From the IMG/VR virus record IMGVR_UViG_3300010223_000002: 64,000 nucleotides of DNA; one strand, written 5' to 3'. Made by a program: the position numbers and the translations under genes. Within the stretch, counting starts at the first letter, position 1, and each line of letters starts with the position of its first letter. This document shows positions 30,918 to 40,962 of the stretch, piece by piece. The notes below the pieces were generated by a model, which saw only the letters and a list, made by a program, of their open reading frames with translations, was not told the DNA's origin and did no database searches. The DNA comes from an uncultured virus (IMG/VR IMGVR_UViG_3300010223_000002) (taxonomy: Duplodnaviria; Heunggongvirae; Uroviricota; Caudoviricetes).

Positions 30918-31955
30918 ATGCGATGTATAGTAGATAAAAAGCATCTTATTGGCATAGATCGTTTTGATACCGTCAGAGTTAAGGTTGTAGGGCAGACTGT
31001 TAAGATATATTGTTATTCGAATTTAGGAGTGCAGCAGGAAGTAGTATTAAAGGCTGATAACACAGAAGATGGAACAGTAATATTTGGTGCTAAAGAATTA
31101 TTAAGTAAGATAAAGACAACTAAAAGTGAATGTATTCAATTTAAAAATAATGTGGTTTCCAATGGCAAATCTGTGTTTCATAAGATGCCAATATTGCCAG
31201 ACAATGATAAACCTGATTTAATTGACTCTAAAAGAAAGTTTGATTGGACTGTTACATTATCTGCTAATGATTTTTGTGAAGCATTGGATTCTGTTGTATT
31301 TTGTGTATTGAATAGAGCAGACAGACCAATGACTAACAATGTTTGTTTAGTTTTATCTGAAGATACTTTAACATCATATGGCTTTGATGGATATAGAATA
31401 GCCTGTCACAAAATAGGTATCAGTATTGGTAGATTCATAAGAGAAGAGATATTTGTCCATGTGTCTTCAATTGGAAATGTAAAAAATTGGGCGAAAGATA
31501 AAAAAGACATAAAAATATGTAAAAGTGGTGGATGGATGTATTTAATTGGTTCTAATTCTTGTATTGCATTTCTACAGCAACAGATAGAACTTCCAGATTT
31601 TGATAAGATATTAAATTTTCCATGTGTGAATAATGTTGTTTTTGATAAAAATGAATTAGTTGAGTCACTAATTTCTTTAATTTCAACAGATGAAGGAATA
31701 TCTTTTATATTTAAAAAGAAGATATGTAATTTACAGTGCTTTAATAGGGAAACTAGAGCATCTAGTGCAGCGATAGTAGATTTTAATTCAGATTCAAATC
31801 CTATCGATTTTAAATTGAATGGTAAGTTTTTATTGGATTTGATTAAAAGATTAGGAAGTAAAAAAGTAACTATATATTTGGGAGATAAATCAGAAGATCC
31901 AGTTACTGTAAATTCTAAAAACTTAAAGTGCGTAATAGCCCCTATGGTAATGTGA
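30918..31955 (+). CDS. dnaN: Divergent DNA polymerase III beta sliding clamp
   Basis: 345 aa; FDGYRIA (cf. TDGHRL), LPDFDKI (cf. FPDY), LNGKFLLD (cf. FN..YL.D), C-terminal VIAPM. Confidence 0.75.
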   Translation: MRCIVDKKHLIGIDRFDTVRVKVVGQTVKIYCYSNLGVQQEVVLKADNTEDGTVIFGAKELLSKIKTTKSECIQFKNNVVSNGKSVFHKMPILPDNDKPDLIDSKRKFDWTVTLSANDFCEALDSVVFCVLNRADRPMTNNVCLVLSEDTLTSYGFDGYRIACHKIGISIGRFIREEIFVHVSSIGNVKNWAKDKKDIKICKSGGWMYLIGSNSCIAFLQQQIELPDFDKILNFPCVNNVVFDKNELVESLISLISTDEGISFIFKKKICNLQCFNRETRASSAAIVDFNSDSNPIDFKLNGKFLLDLIKRLGSKKVTIYLGDKSEDPVTVNSKNLKCVIAPMVM

Positions 31956-32341
31956 TGACAGCTGTATACATTGGTATAGTTGGTAGCAGAAGAAGAAATT
32001 CTATAAAGGATAGAGAATTAATATTCAAGTTAGTAAATGATTTAAAGAATGAATATGGTGATAGATTAGTAATCGTATCTGGAGGATGCAAAAAAGGTGC
32101 AGATAAATTTTGCAAAGACGCATGTAGAAAGTTTGATATAGATTATGAGGAATATTTGCCTCAATTATCTAAAGGAATGAAATATTTTGAAGCAGTCAAA
32201 AGGTATCATGCTAGAAATTACTTAATTGCAAAAAGAGTAACCGATACTGTTTTTGCAATGGTTTCTTGGGATAGAAAAGGTGGTACAGAAAATACTATCA
32301 CACATGCTAATGCATTAGATAAGAAGGTAATACTGCTCTGA
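31955..32341 (+). CDS. SLOG/DprA-Smf-like nucleotide-binding protein
   Basis: IGIVGSR, VSGG..GAD, ARN, GGTENTI. Confidence 0.8.
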   Translation: MTAVYIGIVGSRRRNSIKDRELIFKLVNDLKNEYGDRLVIVSGGCKKGADKFCKDACRKFDIDYEEYLPQLSKGMKYFEAVKRYHARNYLIAKRVTDTVFAMVSWDRKGGTENTITHANALDKKVILL

Positions 32342-32349
32342 GGTAAATT

Positions 32350-32865
32350 ATGGAAAATAAAGTGGATGAAAATAAAGCGATTGAAGATACGTCTGATGTA
32401 AACAAATCTATGGATATACCATCCGAACCTACCAATCATATCGACGCAGAGAATTCGAGTGATAATGTAGACGAAGAAGAGGATGAGTTGTCAGAAGAAC
32501 TTATAAGATTGATGACTAAAGATGGAGTTGAATATCTTTTGAATGCTCCTCTTCCTCCATCTAAAGGTTTCATAATAAATGATGAAGGAGCCCCTATAAT
32601 TTGGAATCCTATGTCTTTACGTATGGAACCATATGTTCCAGAAGAAGTTACAATTAAAAAGATGAGTTTATTTAGATTTGGCAATTCTGGAGATGATGTA
32701 TTTAGGATATTTTGTTTAGCAAATAAGGGAAGTGAATACAAAGACGAAGGCTTGAGTGTGATAAGAACACTTCCGATATCTGAGATAAGTAGTTGGGATA
32801 CTATTACAGATGAGAATAATCTAATATCTTCTGAACAACTAGGAGAAGATGATTATGACGAGTAG
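32350..32865 (+). CDS. Hypothetical acidic protein
   Basis: ORF with GAGG SD. Confidence 0.65.
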   Translation: MENKVDENKAIEDTSDVNKSMDIPSEPTNHIDAENSSDNVDEEEDELSEELIRLMTKDGVEYLLNAPLPPSKGFIINDEGAPIIWNPMSLRMEPYVPEEVTIKKMSLFRFGNSGDDVFRIFCLANKGSEYKDEGLSVIRTLPISEISSWDTITDENNLISSEQLGEDDYDE

Positions 32866-33169
32866 ATCTAAAGGTGCAAAAACTACTAAAAATGGTAGAG
32901 TTTTTGTTACCTGCACATTAAGTCCAGATGGTTACAAAATAATGCAGGAATTAATAGAATCTGTGGGTGCCACCAGTCAAGGACAAGTGATTGAACAGGG
33001 TTTGCGTCGGTGGTATGCTAATGAGCCATTAATCCAGAAAAAGAGCGAACAACAGTTATCTACACCATCACCTTTAACTAGCGCTATTAAAAATAGAAGT
33101 AAGGCTAAAAAATGTCAAGACAAGCGAACAGAGAGGACAGATTGTGGGAAAGACTCAGAAAATGGATGA
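32855..33169 (+). CDS. Ribbon-helix-helix-like DNA-binding protein
   Basis: VFVTCTLSPDGYKIMQEL...SQGQVIEQGLRRW pattern. Confidence 0.5.
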   Translation: MTSRSKGAKTTKNGRVFVTCTLSPDGYKIMQELIESVGATSQGQVIEQGLRRWYANEPLIQKKSEQQLSTPSPLTSAIKNRSKAKKCQDKRTERTDCGKDSENG

Positions 33170-33411
33170 ATAATCCAGAAGTTGTACTAGTTTTTGGATT
33201 GCGTAGGAATGAAGGTATATGGAGAGTTGAATGGAAAGCTTCTCATTGGATAGAATCTGAAGTTGAAGGTATTTTACCTCATGGTGTAGACACAGCTATT
33301 GCAGAAGATATGATGAAAAATAAGATGGGAGATAAAGCTTTTGATCTCACATTAGAAGGTATAAGGAAAGCACCAGAAATAATTAGTAAATTAATGAGCG
33401 GTAGGAGATAA
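33112..33411 (+). CDS. Hypothetical protein
   Basis: ORF in the co-directional string. Confidence 0.6.
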   Translation: MSRQANREDRLWERLRKWMNNPEVVLVFGLRRNEGIWRVEWKASHWIESEVEGILPHGVDTAIAEDMMKNKMGDKAFDLTLEGIRKAPEIISKLMSGRR

Positions 33412-33413
33412 AA

Positions 33414-33710
33414 ATGGATGCTATTTTTAGTTACAGTTTTTTGAACAAATACCAAGATAGTACAGTAGCCCAAAGTAAAGTTGAATGGGTTTGTGATAAT
33501 AAGGCTTCAAATGTAGCAAGCGGTATAGGCGCTACTAGTTTTTCTCATGTAGAGACAGATCATAGTGCAGAAATTACTATTGGGCTTCCAGCTGAGTTAG
33601 CTGCTATGAGTGAAGCTCAAAGAATATCTGTTTTGAAAGGATTGTTTAAGGGTACATTAGAGAAATGGATACCTCAAATAAACATCACTGAACAAATCAG
33701 TTTTAGCTGA
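33414..33710 (+). CDS. Hypothetical protein
   Basis: AGGAG SD. Confidence 0.65.
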   Translation: MDAIFSYSFLNKYQDSTVAQSKVEWVCDNKASNVASGIGATSFSHVETDHSAEITIGLPAELAAMSEAQRISVLKGLFKGTLEKWIPQINITEQISFS

Positions 33711-33724
33711 TAATAGGGTAAATT

Positions 33725-35968
33725 ATGCCGCAAAGAAATGATCCAGATTATGCTCCTATGAATGATGTTAATCCGCCTCCCGCTCCCCCGGATGATATGG
33801 AAATACCTATGGAGGAAACGGAGATATTAGAAGATGACATTAGAAAATTAGGAGCATTAGATAGCGAAAGTGCTGAGGCAAATAAAAGCCTACACAGAGT
33901 AGTTACTAAGAAAAAAAGCGGCAAATCACATGTTCCATGGAATGCACCAGATCATATAAAGTACAATGAAGCTTCTAGATTATTTAGCGCTAGTGCAAGC
34001 GTCCATATAGATCAAGTGATTCCAAATGATGTTTATGTAGATACTATTCCACTGGTTCAAGTGCCAGATTGGGCTAGTTTTACTAGGATAGTTAGAGAAA
34101 GATATTGGAGAGGAGACGACGCAGAATTTAGATGGCAATTAACTCAATACGGTAATATGGTTAGGGCGGTAGGTAAATTGAAATTACAAAAAGATCCAAG
34201 AGTACAAGCTAAATGGGATCCGACTAAAGCATCTCAATTACAAGAGCAACAACCACAAAGGCAAGATTTTAATACTCCATTAAGTATGCCAGGAATGGCT
34301 GGAGTAGCTAGTCCTATTTCTCAATCATATAATCCTATGATTGGAATGCCTAATCAGTTTAATAATCAGCAATTTTCTCAACAACAGCAACCTCAAGATG
34401 ATCCTAGGATTGCATATTTATTCGAAACTCTACGCGGTTTAGAAAACAAATTATCTGATATTAATTCTGTAAGGCAACAACAACCATCTCCAGATCCAGT
34501 ATTTTCTCCTAACTTACATAATTTACAAAATCAAATATCACAAGCTGTAGAGGATGAAGACGAAGAAGACGAAGAAGACGAAGATGATGACTATGAAGAT
34601 GATGATTATGAAGATGATGATTATGATGAAGTAAGATCCAGAAGAAAGAGAAGAAATAAAGGTAAGCGTCGTAAACAACGTTTTACGCCTCCAATGCCTC
34701 CTCCTCCCACTTTTATGCAAATGCCAGGAATGAGCGCGGCTATTCAATTGCCTAATATGCCTAATAATTTTGGTTTAGGTAATATTCAGCAACAGCAACC
34801 TATTCAACAGCAACAACAGCAACAACAGCAACAACAGCAACAATCTATTCAACAACAGCCAAGTCAGCAACCTAATGATCAATATTTTGAATTATTGTCC
34901 AAGTTGACAGAAGAAGTTGCTAATTTGAAAAATAAATTAGCAGAAAAAGAGGCTACTCCTCCACCAGTTAATAATCCTCCTCCCCCTCCTCCACCAGTAA
35001 ATATGGGCATACCTCAAGGTATGTTAGGATTACCTGGTAGTTTAAGTTTTACTCCAGAAAGTAAGTTTGTACCACCTAATGTAAATAAAGTGGATGAAAG
35101 AACTAATGTAGATAGACAACAATCTACGCAGCATAGTTCTGTTCAGCAACAGCAACAGCAACAGCAACCTATTCAGCAACAACAGCCTCAAATTGTTATG
35201 CAATTGCCTCCGCAAGCTATGCAGCAATTTATGCCTCCCCCGCCTCCACCTCAACAACAGGAAAATAAAGTTCAATACATTCCAGTTCCTATGCCTCCAT
35301 TGCCTCAAGAAGCTCCTATACAACAAGCTCCTATACAACAAGCTCCTATACAACAAGCTCCTATACAACAAGCTCCTACACAACAAGCTCCCGTTGCTCC
35401 TAGTATTCAAGAACAGCTAGCTGGATTCACTAGTTTTGTAAATACTATTAAATCTGCTGCGGCGCAGTTAGGGATAGCTAACAATTCAGATCAACAACCA
35501 AATCAAGTTCCTAATATAGAAAAACAAGAAGAAATTAAAAGTGATCCATATGAAGGTATGCCATTTAGAGTAGTAGAGACTCCAGGTTGGAATTTTGTAT
35601 ATGATAGAGAAACTGGTAAACCTATGGATTTATTAACTACTGCATTTGTTAATTCAAATCATTTAGGTGGAATAGTGAAAGCTATTGGATCTAGATGGAC
35701 ACAGCTTCAAGAACAGATGATTATGCAGCAGGGTGGTCCAACTCAAAATCAGATAAATAGTGTTAGAGCATTAGAGAATCAAGCTAAGCAAATATTTCAA
35801 GAAAATCAGCAACTAAAAGCTGAACTTCAAAAACGTATTGATATGGCTCAAAATGTTCCGCCACAAGCTAGTCAACAAGCAATAGCCGAACCTCCTCCTA
35901 TTGAACAACAAGGTATTCCAACAAGAAATACGTTATTAAGAGCAGTAAAAGCCAACAAGAGAAGATAA
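33725..35968 (+). CDS. Pro/Gln-rich low-complexity protein
   Basis: Poly-Q, poly-P, acidic and basic tracts; 747 aa. Confidence 0.8.
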   Translation: MPQRNDPDYAPMNDVNPPPAPPDDMEIPMEETEILEDDIRKLGALDSESAEANKSLHRVVTKKKSGKSHVPWNAPDHIKYNEASRLFSASASVHIDQVIPNDVYVDTIPLVQVPDWASFTRIVRERYWRGDDAEFRWQLTQYGNMVRAVGKLKLQKDPRVQAKWDPTKASQLQEQQPQRQDFNTPLSMPGMAGVASPISQSYNPMIGMPNQFNNQQFSQQQQPQDDPRIAYLFETLRGLENKLSDINSVRQQQPSPDPVFSPNLHNLQNQISQAVEDEDEEDEEDEDDDYEDDDYEDDDYDEVRSRRKRRNKGKRRKQRFTPPMPPPPTFMQMPGMSAAIQLPNMPNNFGLGNIQQQQPIQQQQQQQQQQQQQSIQQQPSQQPNDQYFELLSKLTEEVANLKNKLAEKEATPPPVNNPPPPPPPVNMGIPQGMLGLPGSLSFTPESKFVPPNVNKVDERTNVDRQQSTQHSSVQQQQQQQQPIQQQQPQIVMQLPPQAMQQFMPPPPPPQQQENKVQYIPVPMPPLPQEAPIQQAPIQQAPIQQAPIQQAPTQQAPVAPSIQEQLAGFTSFVNTIKSAAAQLGIANNSDQQPNQVPNIEKQEEIKSDPYEGMPFRVVETPGWNFVYDRETGKPMDLLTTAFVNSNHLGGIVKAIGSRWTQLQEQMIMQQGGPTQNQINSVRALENQAKQIFQENQQLKAELQKRIDMAQNVPPQASQQAIAEPPPIEQQGIPTRNTLLRAVKANKRR
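35310..35391. repeat. 15-bp coding tandem repeat, ~5.5 copies (APIQQ)
   Basis: AAGCTCCTATACAAC units. Confidence 0.95.
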
Positions 35969-36597
35969 TGTTAATAGATGTCTACGAAAATAATGATGGG
36001 CTTGTTATATTAGGTAACTCTAATGATAATAGTATATTTCAAGCTATAGATGATAGTGGTGCATCTAAATTCTCACTAGTTATAATTAACTTGGAAGATC
36101 CAAGTAGTGAATACTTAACTGAATATTTGAAGAAGATAGAACAATATTGTTTAGATGGGGCTATTGTGTATATATTTGGTTGCAATAGCTGTAGAAATAA
36201 AAGACCACTTCATAAACTTGTAATAAAAGCAGAAGAAGCATCTTCTTGGACTTTTAATAATATGATATTTGGTTCCAGTTTTGGAGAAGTAGCTTGTTTT
36301 TATTTGGAAGGTGCAGATGAATTCTCTAGATTGACTGGTAAAAAACGTAAATTATTTGGTAAGAAATGGATTAATCCAGCTAAGTTACTGGATTCAATCC
36401 ATGAAAAATATGGCATGGATAGATTAGTTGAGATGCTTATTAAAGCTCATACTAAAGAGGGGCAATGGGTTTTTAATCCAAATAGTAAACGTGGAAGTAT
36501 AGCATTACTTGCGAAAAAATTTGGTAGAAAATTTGTATGTATAGAAGAGGATTGTGAAGATTTTGTTTTTGCTATTGAAAAGATAGAAAATTCTTGA
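35968..36597 (+). CDS. Degenerate N6/N4 DNA methyltransferase-like protein
   Basis: LIKAHTKEGQWVFNP...GS....A...GRKFVCIE matches the beta-class MTase C-terminus, but motif I (DPFxGSG) reads NPNSKRG and there is no DPPY. Confidence 0.6.
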   Translation: MLIDVYENNDGLVILGNSNDNSIFQAIDDSGASKFSLVIINLEDPSSEYLTEYLKKIEQYCLDGAIVYIFGCNSCRNKRPLHKLVIKAEEASSWTFNNMIFGSSFGEVACFYLEGADEFSRLTGKKRKLFGKKWINPAKLLDSIHEKYGMDRLVEMLIKAHTKEGQWVFNPNSKRGSIALLAKKFGRKFVCIEEDCEDFVFAIEKIENS

Positions 36598-36755
36598 GTT
36601 TGCTTGCCTTTCTGTTAGAATAAAGTGTGAGAGTTTGAATTTGTTAATGGAAAGGTAACTATTTTGGAATCAAAACGTAACCGATCCCACGTGTGGAATT
36701 CGGCTGGCAGGGGGTACAACGCGCGATTGCTGCGGCGCAAAGGGGGTAATGCGCG

Positions 36756-37514
36756 ATGCTAGACGTGCAACTGGCCCCATGGCCCCGCGGCAATGAAGGC
36801 GCGAAAAAGAGCCTACAGAAAGTAGCTGAATTCGTTTCCAGGGATAGATTAGACCCTAGAACAAATGAATGGGCTATTAATGTAGTTAAAGCAGCTGGAA
36901 ATCCACAAACTGACGTTGGAAAAGCAAAAGCTATATTTGATGAGATAAAAAGAGAGAAAATATATGTATTAGATCCAGTAGATTCAGAAATGATGAAATC
37001 TGCTATATGTATGATAGATAATTGTGGTGGAGTAACATTCAATGGCGGAGATTGTGACGATTTAACAATCACATTATTGTCAGCTATTGGTTCGCTCGGT
37101 ATACCAGTAGCTGTAATAGGTCATAGTTATGATAAAAGTGGTGATATCGGTCATGTTTTAGGAGCTATGTGGAATAAAGAAACCGGAAAGTGGGTTTTAA
37201 TGGATACAACCATTGATCTACCTTTCGGACAAACATATTCTCCTACTAGAGAAAGATGGATAAATGTACCAGATGGTACTATCATATGTGATAATAATTT
37301 TTGTAATCGTTCTATGTATCCTCCAGACATGAGTCGTAATAGAAAGATGGGAGATTTTGTTGGAATAGCTGACAGTAATACTCCTACGTTCAATTATCAA
37401 AAAATAGACAATAGTACAGTTGGCAATAGAAAACAATTAGCTGTCTTTGGGGCAGCTTTATTTGTTTCTGCAATCACAACAGTCTTGGTAATTAGAGGTA
37501 CAAAAAATGCCTAG
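36756..37514 (+). CDS. Transglutaminase-like (papain-fold) Cys-His-Asp enzyme with a C-terminal TM anchor
   Basis: GGDCDD (Cys), GHVL (His), WVLMDTT (Asp); C-terminal hydrophobic helix. Confidence 0.85.
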   Translation: MLDVQLAPWPRGNEGAKKSLQKVAEFVSRDRLDPRTNEWAINVVKAAGNPQTDVGKAKAIFDEIKREKIYVLDPVDSEMMKSAICMIDNCGGVTFNGGDCDDLTITLLSAIGSLGIPVAVIGHSYDKSGDIGHVLGAMWNKETGKWVLMDTTIDLPFGQTYSPTRERWINVPDGTIICDNNFCNRSMYPPDMSRNRKMGDFVGIADSNTPTFNYQKIDNSTVGNRKQLAVFGAALFVSAITTVLVIRGTKNA

Positions 37515-38691
37515 TTTAGTAGATATCACTACCGCCGTTGCTGAAGATACAAAAAATAAAGTGTATGCAGCATTTACAGACGCTTACACAATGGTTGAGG
37601 GTGTTTACAATGGTAAATATACGCTTGCTGAAGGATTAAAGTTACTAGATTCTAATGCAGAGAAAGTTTGGAAAGAGTATTTTGTAGATGTATCTGTCAA
37701 TACCATTAATAAATGGAATGCTGTAGCACTTCGTTATGATGCATTTTTGAATACAAGAAAAATGCTTGGACTGCAATTATTTGATGATGATTCTACTATG
37801 GTACAAGAATATGATGTATATAAACCAGGTTGGACAAAAGCCGATGATGAATATTTGAGATCTGTTCATAATATAGTAATAAAAGTTGCCAAATATCTTC
37901 AAGATGTACAAAATGGAGCAAGAAATATAGCTTGGGACACTTTAAATCAAGATGCAGCTATTTTAGGTGTACAAGGTGAACCTACTATTACCACTGGAAA
38001 AGAACCAAATGCTCCAGTTGGATACAGTGCTAAGAATGGTGATTTGTTATTAGGCAATTTCATTCAAGGTCAAAAGCATGTTTTGCCAGCTGATTTCGTA
38101 TCTGGTGTTGGAGTTGGGGCTGATCCAGTAACAATAGGTGGACTTATCGTAGGTGGCATTCTTATTGTATGTTTAACAGTAGGAACTGTATTAGTCGTGA
38201 ATAAGATTTGTGATATATTAGATGATCATTTAGCTAGAGCAGAAGCCGCTGACATTCGTAGGCAACAGGATAAAGTTATCAATGATTGCAGCGCTATGTG
38301 TCCTGAAAATGATTTAGATTGTTATGATAGTTGTTTGGGAAAGGCACAGAATCTTACTAAAGCAACTTCTGATGCAATAAAAACGAATGAAAAGGCTAGA
38401 GCAGAGGCTAATTCTCAATCTGATACAAGAGCGCTTTACGATACAATTACCAAGGTATCTTTTGTTGCGTTAGGAATAGCTGCCATAGGTGGAGTTGGTT
38501 ATGCTATATATAGATTTGCTGGTCCTAGACCAAGACAAATAAGTGAAAATAGATATCCTAGGCTCGAGCGTGGTAGTCCTATGTTAGATGCAGAAGTAGT
38601 TTCTTCTAGAATAGTAGGGGAGCCTAAAAGCAGAACTAGTAAATATGGTATTAGAAAGGCTTCAACTGGTGTAGGTTGGGAAGTCCAGTAA
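37507..38691 (+). CDS. Putative virion membrane protein (2 TM, Cys cluster)
   Basis: GVGVG followed by a TM helix, C...C......C...C, a second TM, and a C-terminal GVG. Confidence 0.7.
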   Translation: MPSLVDITTAVAEDTKNKVYAAFTDAYTMVEGVYNGKYTLAEGLKLLDSNAEKVWKEYFVDVSVNTINKWNAVALRYDAFLNTRKMLGLQLFDDDSTMVQEYDVYKPGWTKADDEYLRSVHNIVIKVAKYLQDVQNGARNIAWDTLNQDAAILGVQGEPTITTGKEPNAPVGYSAKNGDLLLGNFIQGQKHVLPADFVSGVGVGADPVTIGGLIVGGILIVCLTVGTVLVVNKICDILDDHLARAEAADIRRQQDKVINDCSAMCPENDLDCYDSCLGKAQNLTKATSDAIKTNEKARAEANSQSDTRALYDTITKVSFVALGIAAIGGVGYAIYRFAGPRPRQISENRYPRLERGSPMLDAEVVSSRIVGEPKSRTSKYGIRKASTGVGWEVQ

Positions 38692-38864
38692 CAAAATAGA
38701 CAAGTCAACAGAAAAGAAATACAAGGTCTATAAATCAACAGAAAAATAGAACTAGAATTAAATGAACTAGAATTTTCAGCAGATGATTTTAGTACAGAAT
38801 ACAAAATCATAACAAATCTTTTAGAAAAAAGATAACTAGTTGTATATCTCATAAAGGAACAATA

Positions 38865-39995
38865 ATGGAAGCCGATGTTTTTATTTATTGGGGCCATTCT
38901 GGTTTTCCAGAGAGTGTTAGAAAGCAATTCACTAGACCTACTGAATTTATATTAATGCCTACGCCTCCATCTGTAAAAGGGCAGAATAAATATACTGCTC
39001 AATTATACAGTTATGGTTGGCCGCATCCTATTAGGAATATAGTTAGTAGAGCAAAACCTGGTCTTACTCCACTTAGGGTAGGTCTCTTAGGTTTTTCTGA
39101 AAGTTGTCAAGGTGTAAGAGCGTTTTTATCTAGTGCGGACGCAGCATATATTGACACAGTAGTTGCTATTGATGGAATACATACCACGTTCAATGGCACA
39201 CCTAATAAAGATAGAGATAATTGGTCACTATCAGGAATAGCACCTTGGATTGAATATGCTAGAATAGCAGCTAGTTTATCTATTGATCCAGGCGAGGGAT
39301 TACCCCTTGGTAGGCGTCATTGCATAATCACTCACTCTTCAATAAAACCTCCATTTGTATCTACTACTGAAACTGCATCAGCTATTTTGTCAGCCTTGTT
39401 TGGTGACTTAGCTCCTTCCGATCCAGTTCCAGATGGAATAATAGACGTAGTTCATAATCCTCCTATTCAACTACATGGTAATAGTATAAATGGTTATTCT
39501 GTAACTCAATATGTCGTATCTCCTAATAGATACTTTGCTCATCAAAATGGTTTATATGTTTTTGGTTACAATAATATTGATCCGACCGGAATTAATGATC
39601 ACATATATCAAGCTCAAGTAGTCTTACCTAATGTATTAGAAAAAATAGTTGTTCCTAATTGGAACAGTGTTGATCCTAAGTCTGGTTTATGTATGGAAGG
39701 AAGTCAGGCTTTTGATCAGGCAGCTGAGCAGATGGTCACTTATGGTTTTGATAGCAGTTCGTCAAATCCTCAAAGTTGTGTATTAGATCCACCAGTTACT
39801 ATGCCTGAATATCAGGATGAGGCAGACGGTTATTTACATACTGAAAAATGGGGTGGCACACCTACATATATAAAAGATAGAGAAAAGAAAGAAAAATACA
39901 AGAGATATGCTATCAACGCGCTTTGGATGTTCACAGCAGGTAGTTTTTTGTATTCTGGCGCTAAGATAGTTGGAAGTTTGATTAGTGGGAGATAA
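38865..39995 (+). CDS. Alpha/beta-hydrolase-like protein with a C-terminal TM
   Basis: VGLLGFSESC nucleophile-elbow-like motif, AIDGIH, late His (NDH), C-terminal hydrophobic helix. Confidence 0.55.
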   Translation: MEADVFIYWGHSGFPESVRKQFTRPTEFILMPTPPSVKGQNKYTAQLYSYGWPHPIRNIVSRAKPGLTPLRVGLLGFSESCQGVRAFLSSADAAYIDTVVAIDGIHTTFNGTPNKDRDNWSLSGIAPWIEYARIAASLSIDPGEGLPLGRRHCIITHSSIKPPFVSTTETASAILSALFGDLAPSDPVPDGIIDVVHNPPIQLHGNSINGYSVTQYVVSPNRYFAHQNGLYVFGYNNIDPTGINDHIYQAQVVLPNVLEKIVVPNWNSVDPKSGLCMEGSQAFDQAAEQMVTYGFDSSSSNPQSCVLDPPVTMPEYQDEADGYLHTEKWGGTPTYIKDREKKEKYKRYAINALWMFTAGSFLYSGAKIVGSLISGR

Positions 39996-39999
39996 TTGT

Positions 40000-40116
40000 A
40001 TGTATTTAGTACCATTAACTCAATCCAATAATTCTGTTTGGCACTATATTCAAGAATACAGTGACATACCAGTATCACGTAATTTGATGGCAGGTACATT
40101 ATTTAATAAATTCTAA
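40000..40116 (+). pseudogene. 38-aa mini-ORF matching the C-terminal fragment of the 57609 beta-propeller protein
   Basis: MYLVPLTQSNNSVWHYIQEYSDIPVSRNLMAGTLFNKF vs ...IQEYSDIPVSRNLMAGPLFNKL. Confidence 0.8.
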
Positions 40117-40128
40117 TTGGAGATTAAA

Positions 40129-40962
40129 ATGTCTAGACATCTAATTGTGTTAGATGGTCCAGTATCAGAAAGTAAACTGAAAAATGTAAAATGGTCTACT
40201 CCAACTGATATATTGACTATTAATTACGGCTACAATCCTGGTTATGATTGTAGCAAATATTGGCAATTGCCGCAGTCTGACATACCTAAATGTGTTGGAT
40301 CTGCGGCTTTCGCTAATTTAGCTGCACAATATCCAGAGCATGGTAAACTTTCTGCAATATTAAAAGCAGCTAAAATTAATGAGGATGATTATTCTCAAAT
40401 TTGTTTAGCTGGATTTAGTGCTGCCCATGGAATCAATAATCCAATTTTGAAAGATTCTAAGTCTAGGCGTATGGTTAGTTGTTTTTTGGCTATGGATAGT
40501 TATTATGGTTCTGCAATAAAAGAAGGATACCTAGAATTTGCTAAGGACGCTTCAAGCAATAATCGTAAGTCTATGTTTGCTACCACTAGTCCTTTTGGTG
40601 GCCCAGCTTCTATGCCATATGATCCGTCATCTGTAGCTATTGAGCCGCTTTTGAAGAAATTTGATATGAAAAAGATCAACTTTACATTAAACGGTGGAGA
40701 TTGGTATAGAGATGGAAATTTTTTGTATGGTAATTATGATGGTAAAACTCCTCATGCTGGTCATGTAGATAATGGGGTAAAGCTTCTTCAGGATTACATT
40801 TCTCCTTGGATGACTCAGCTAGATGGGAATAGTCCTAAAATAAAACAAAGTTTATTAAAATCTGGATCGAATTGGAAGAAAATAGCAATTGTAAGTGGAA
40901 TTGTTTTAGTAATAGGTGGCGCTGGCGCTGCGGCAACAGCTAAGATTATGGGTGAGATATGA
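40129..40962 (+). CDS. Alpha/beta-hydrolase-like protein with a C-terminal TM (related to 38865)
   Basis: CLAGFSAAH, AMDSYY, late His; C-terminal TM; start after GGAG. Confidence 0.6.
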   Translation: MSRHLIVLDGPVSESKLKNVKWSTPTDILTINYGYNPGYDCSKYWQLPQSDIPKCVGSAAFANLAAQYPEHGKLSAILKAAKINEDDYSQICLAGFSAAHGINNPILKDSKSRRMVSCFLAMDSYYGSAIKEGYLEFAKDASSNNRKSMFATTSPFGGPASMPYDPSSVAIEPLLKKFDMKKINFTLNGGDWYRDGNFLYGNYDGKTPHAGHVDNGVKLLQDYISPWMTQLDGNSPKIKQSLLKSGSNWKKIAIVSGIVLVIGGAGAAATAKIMGEI

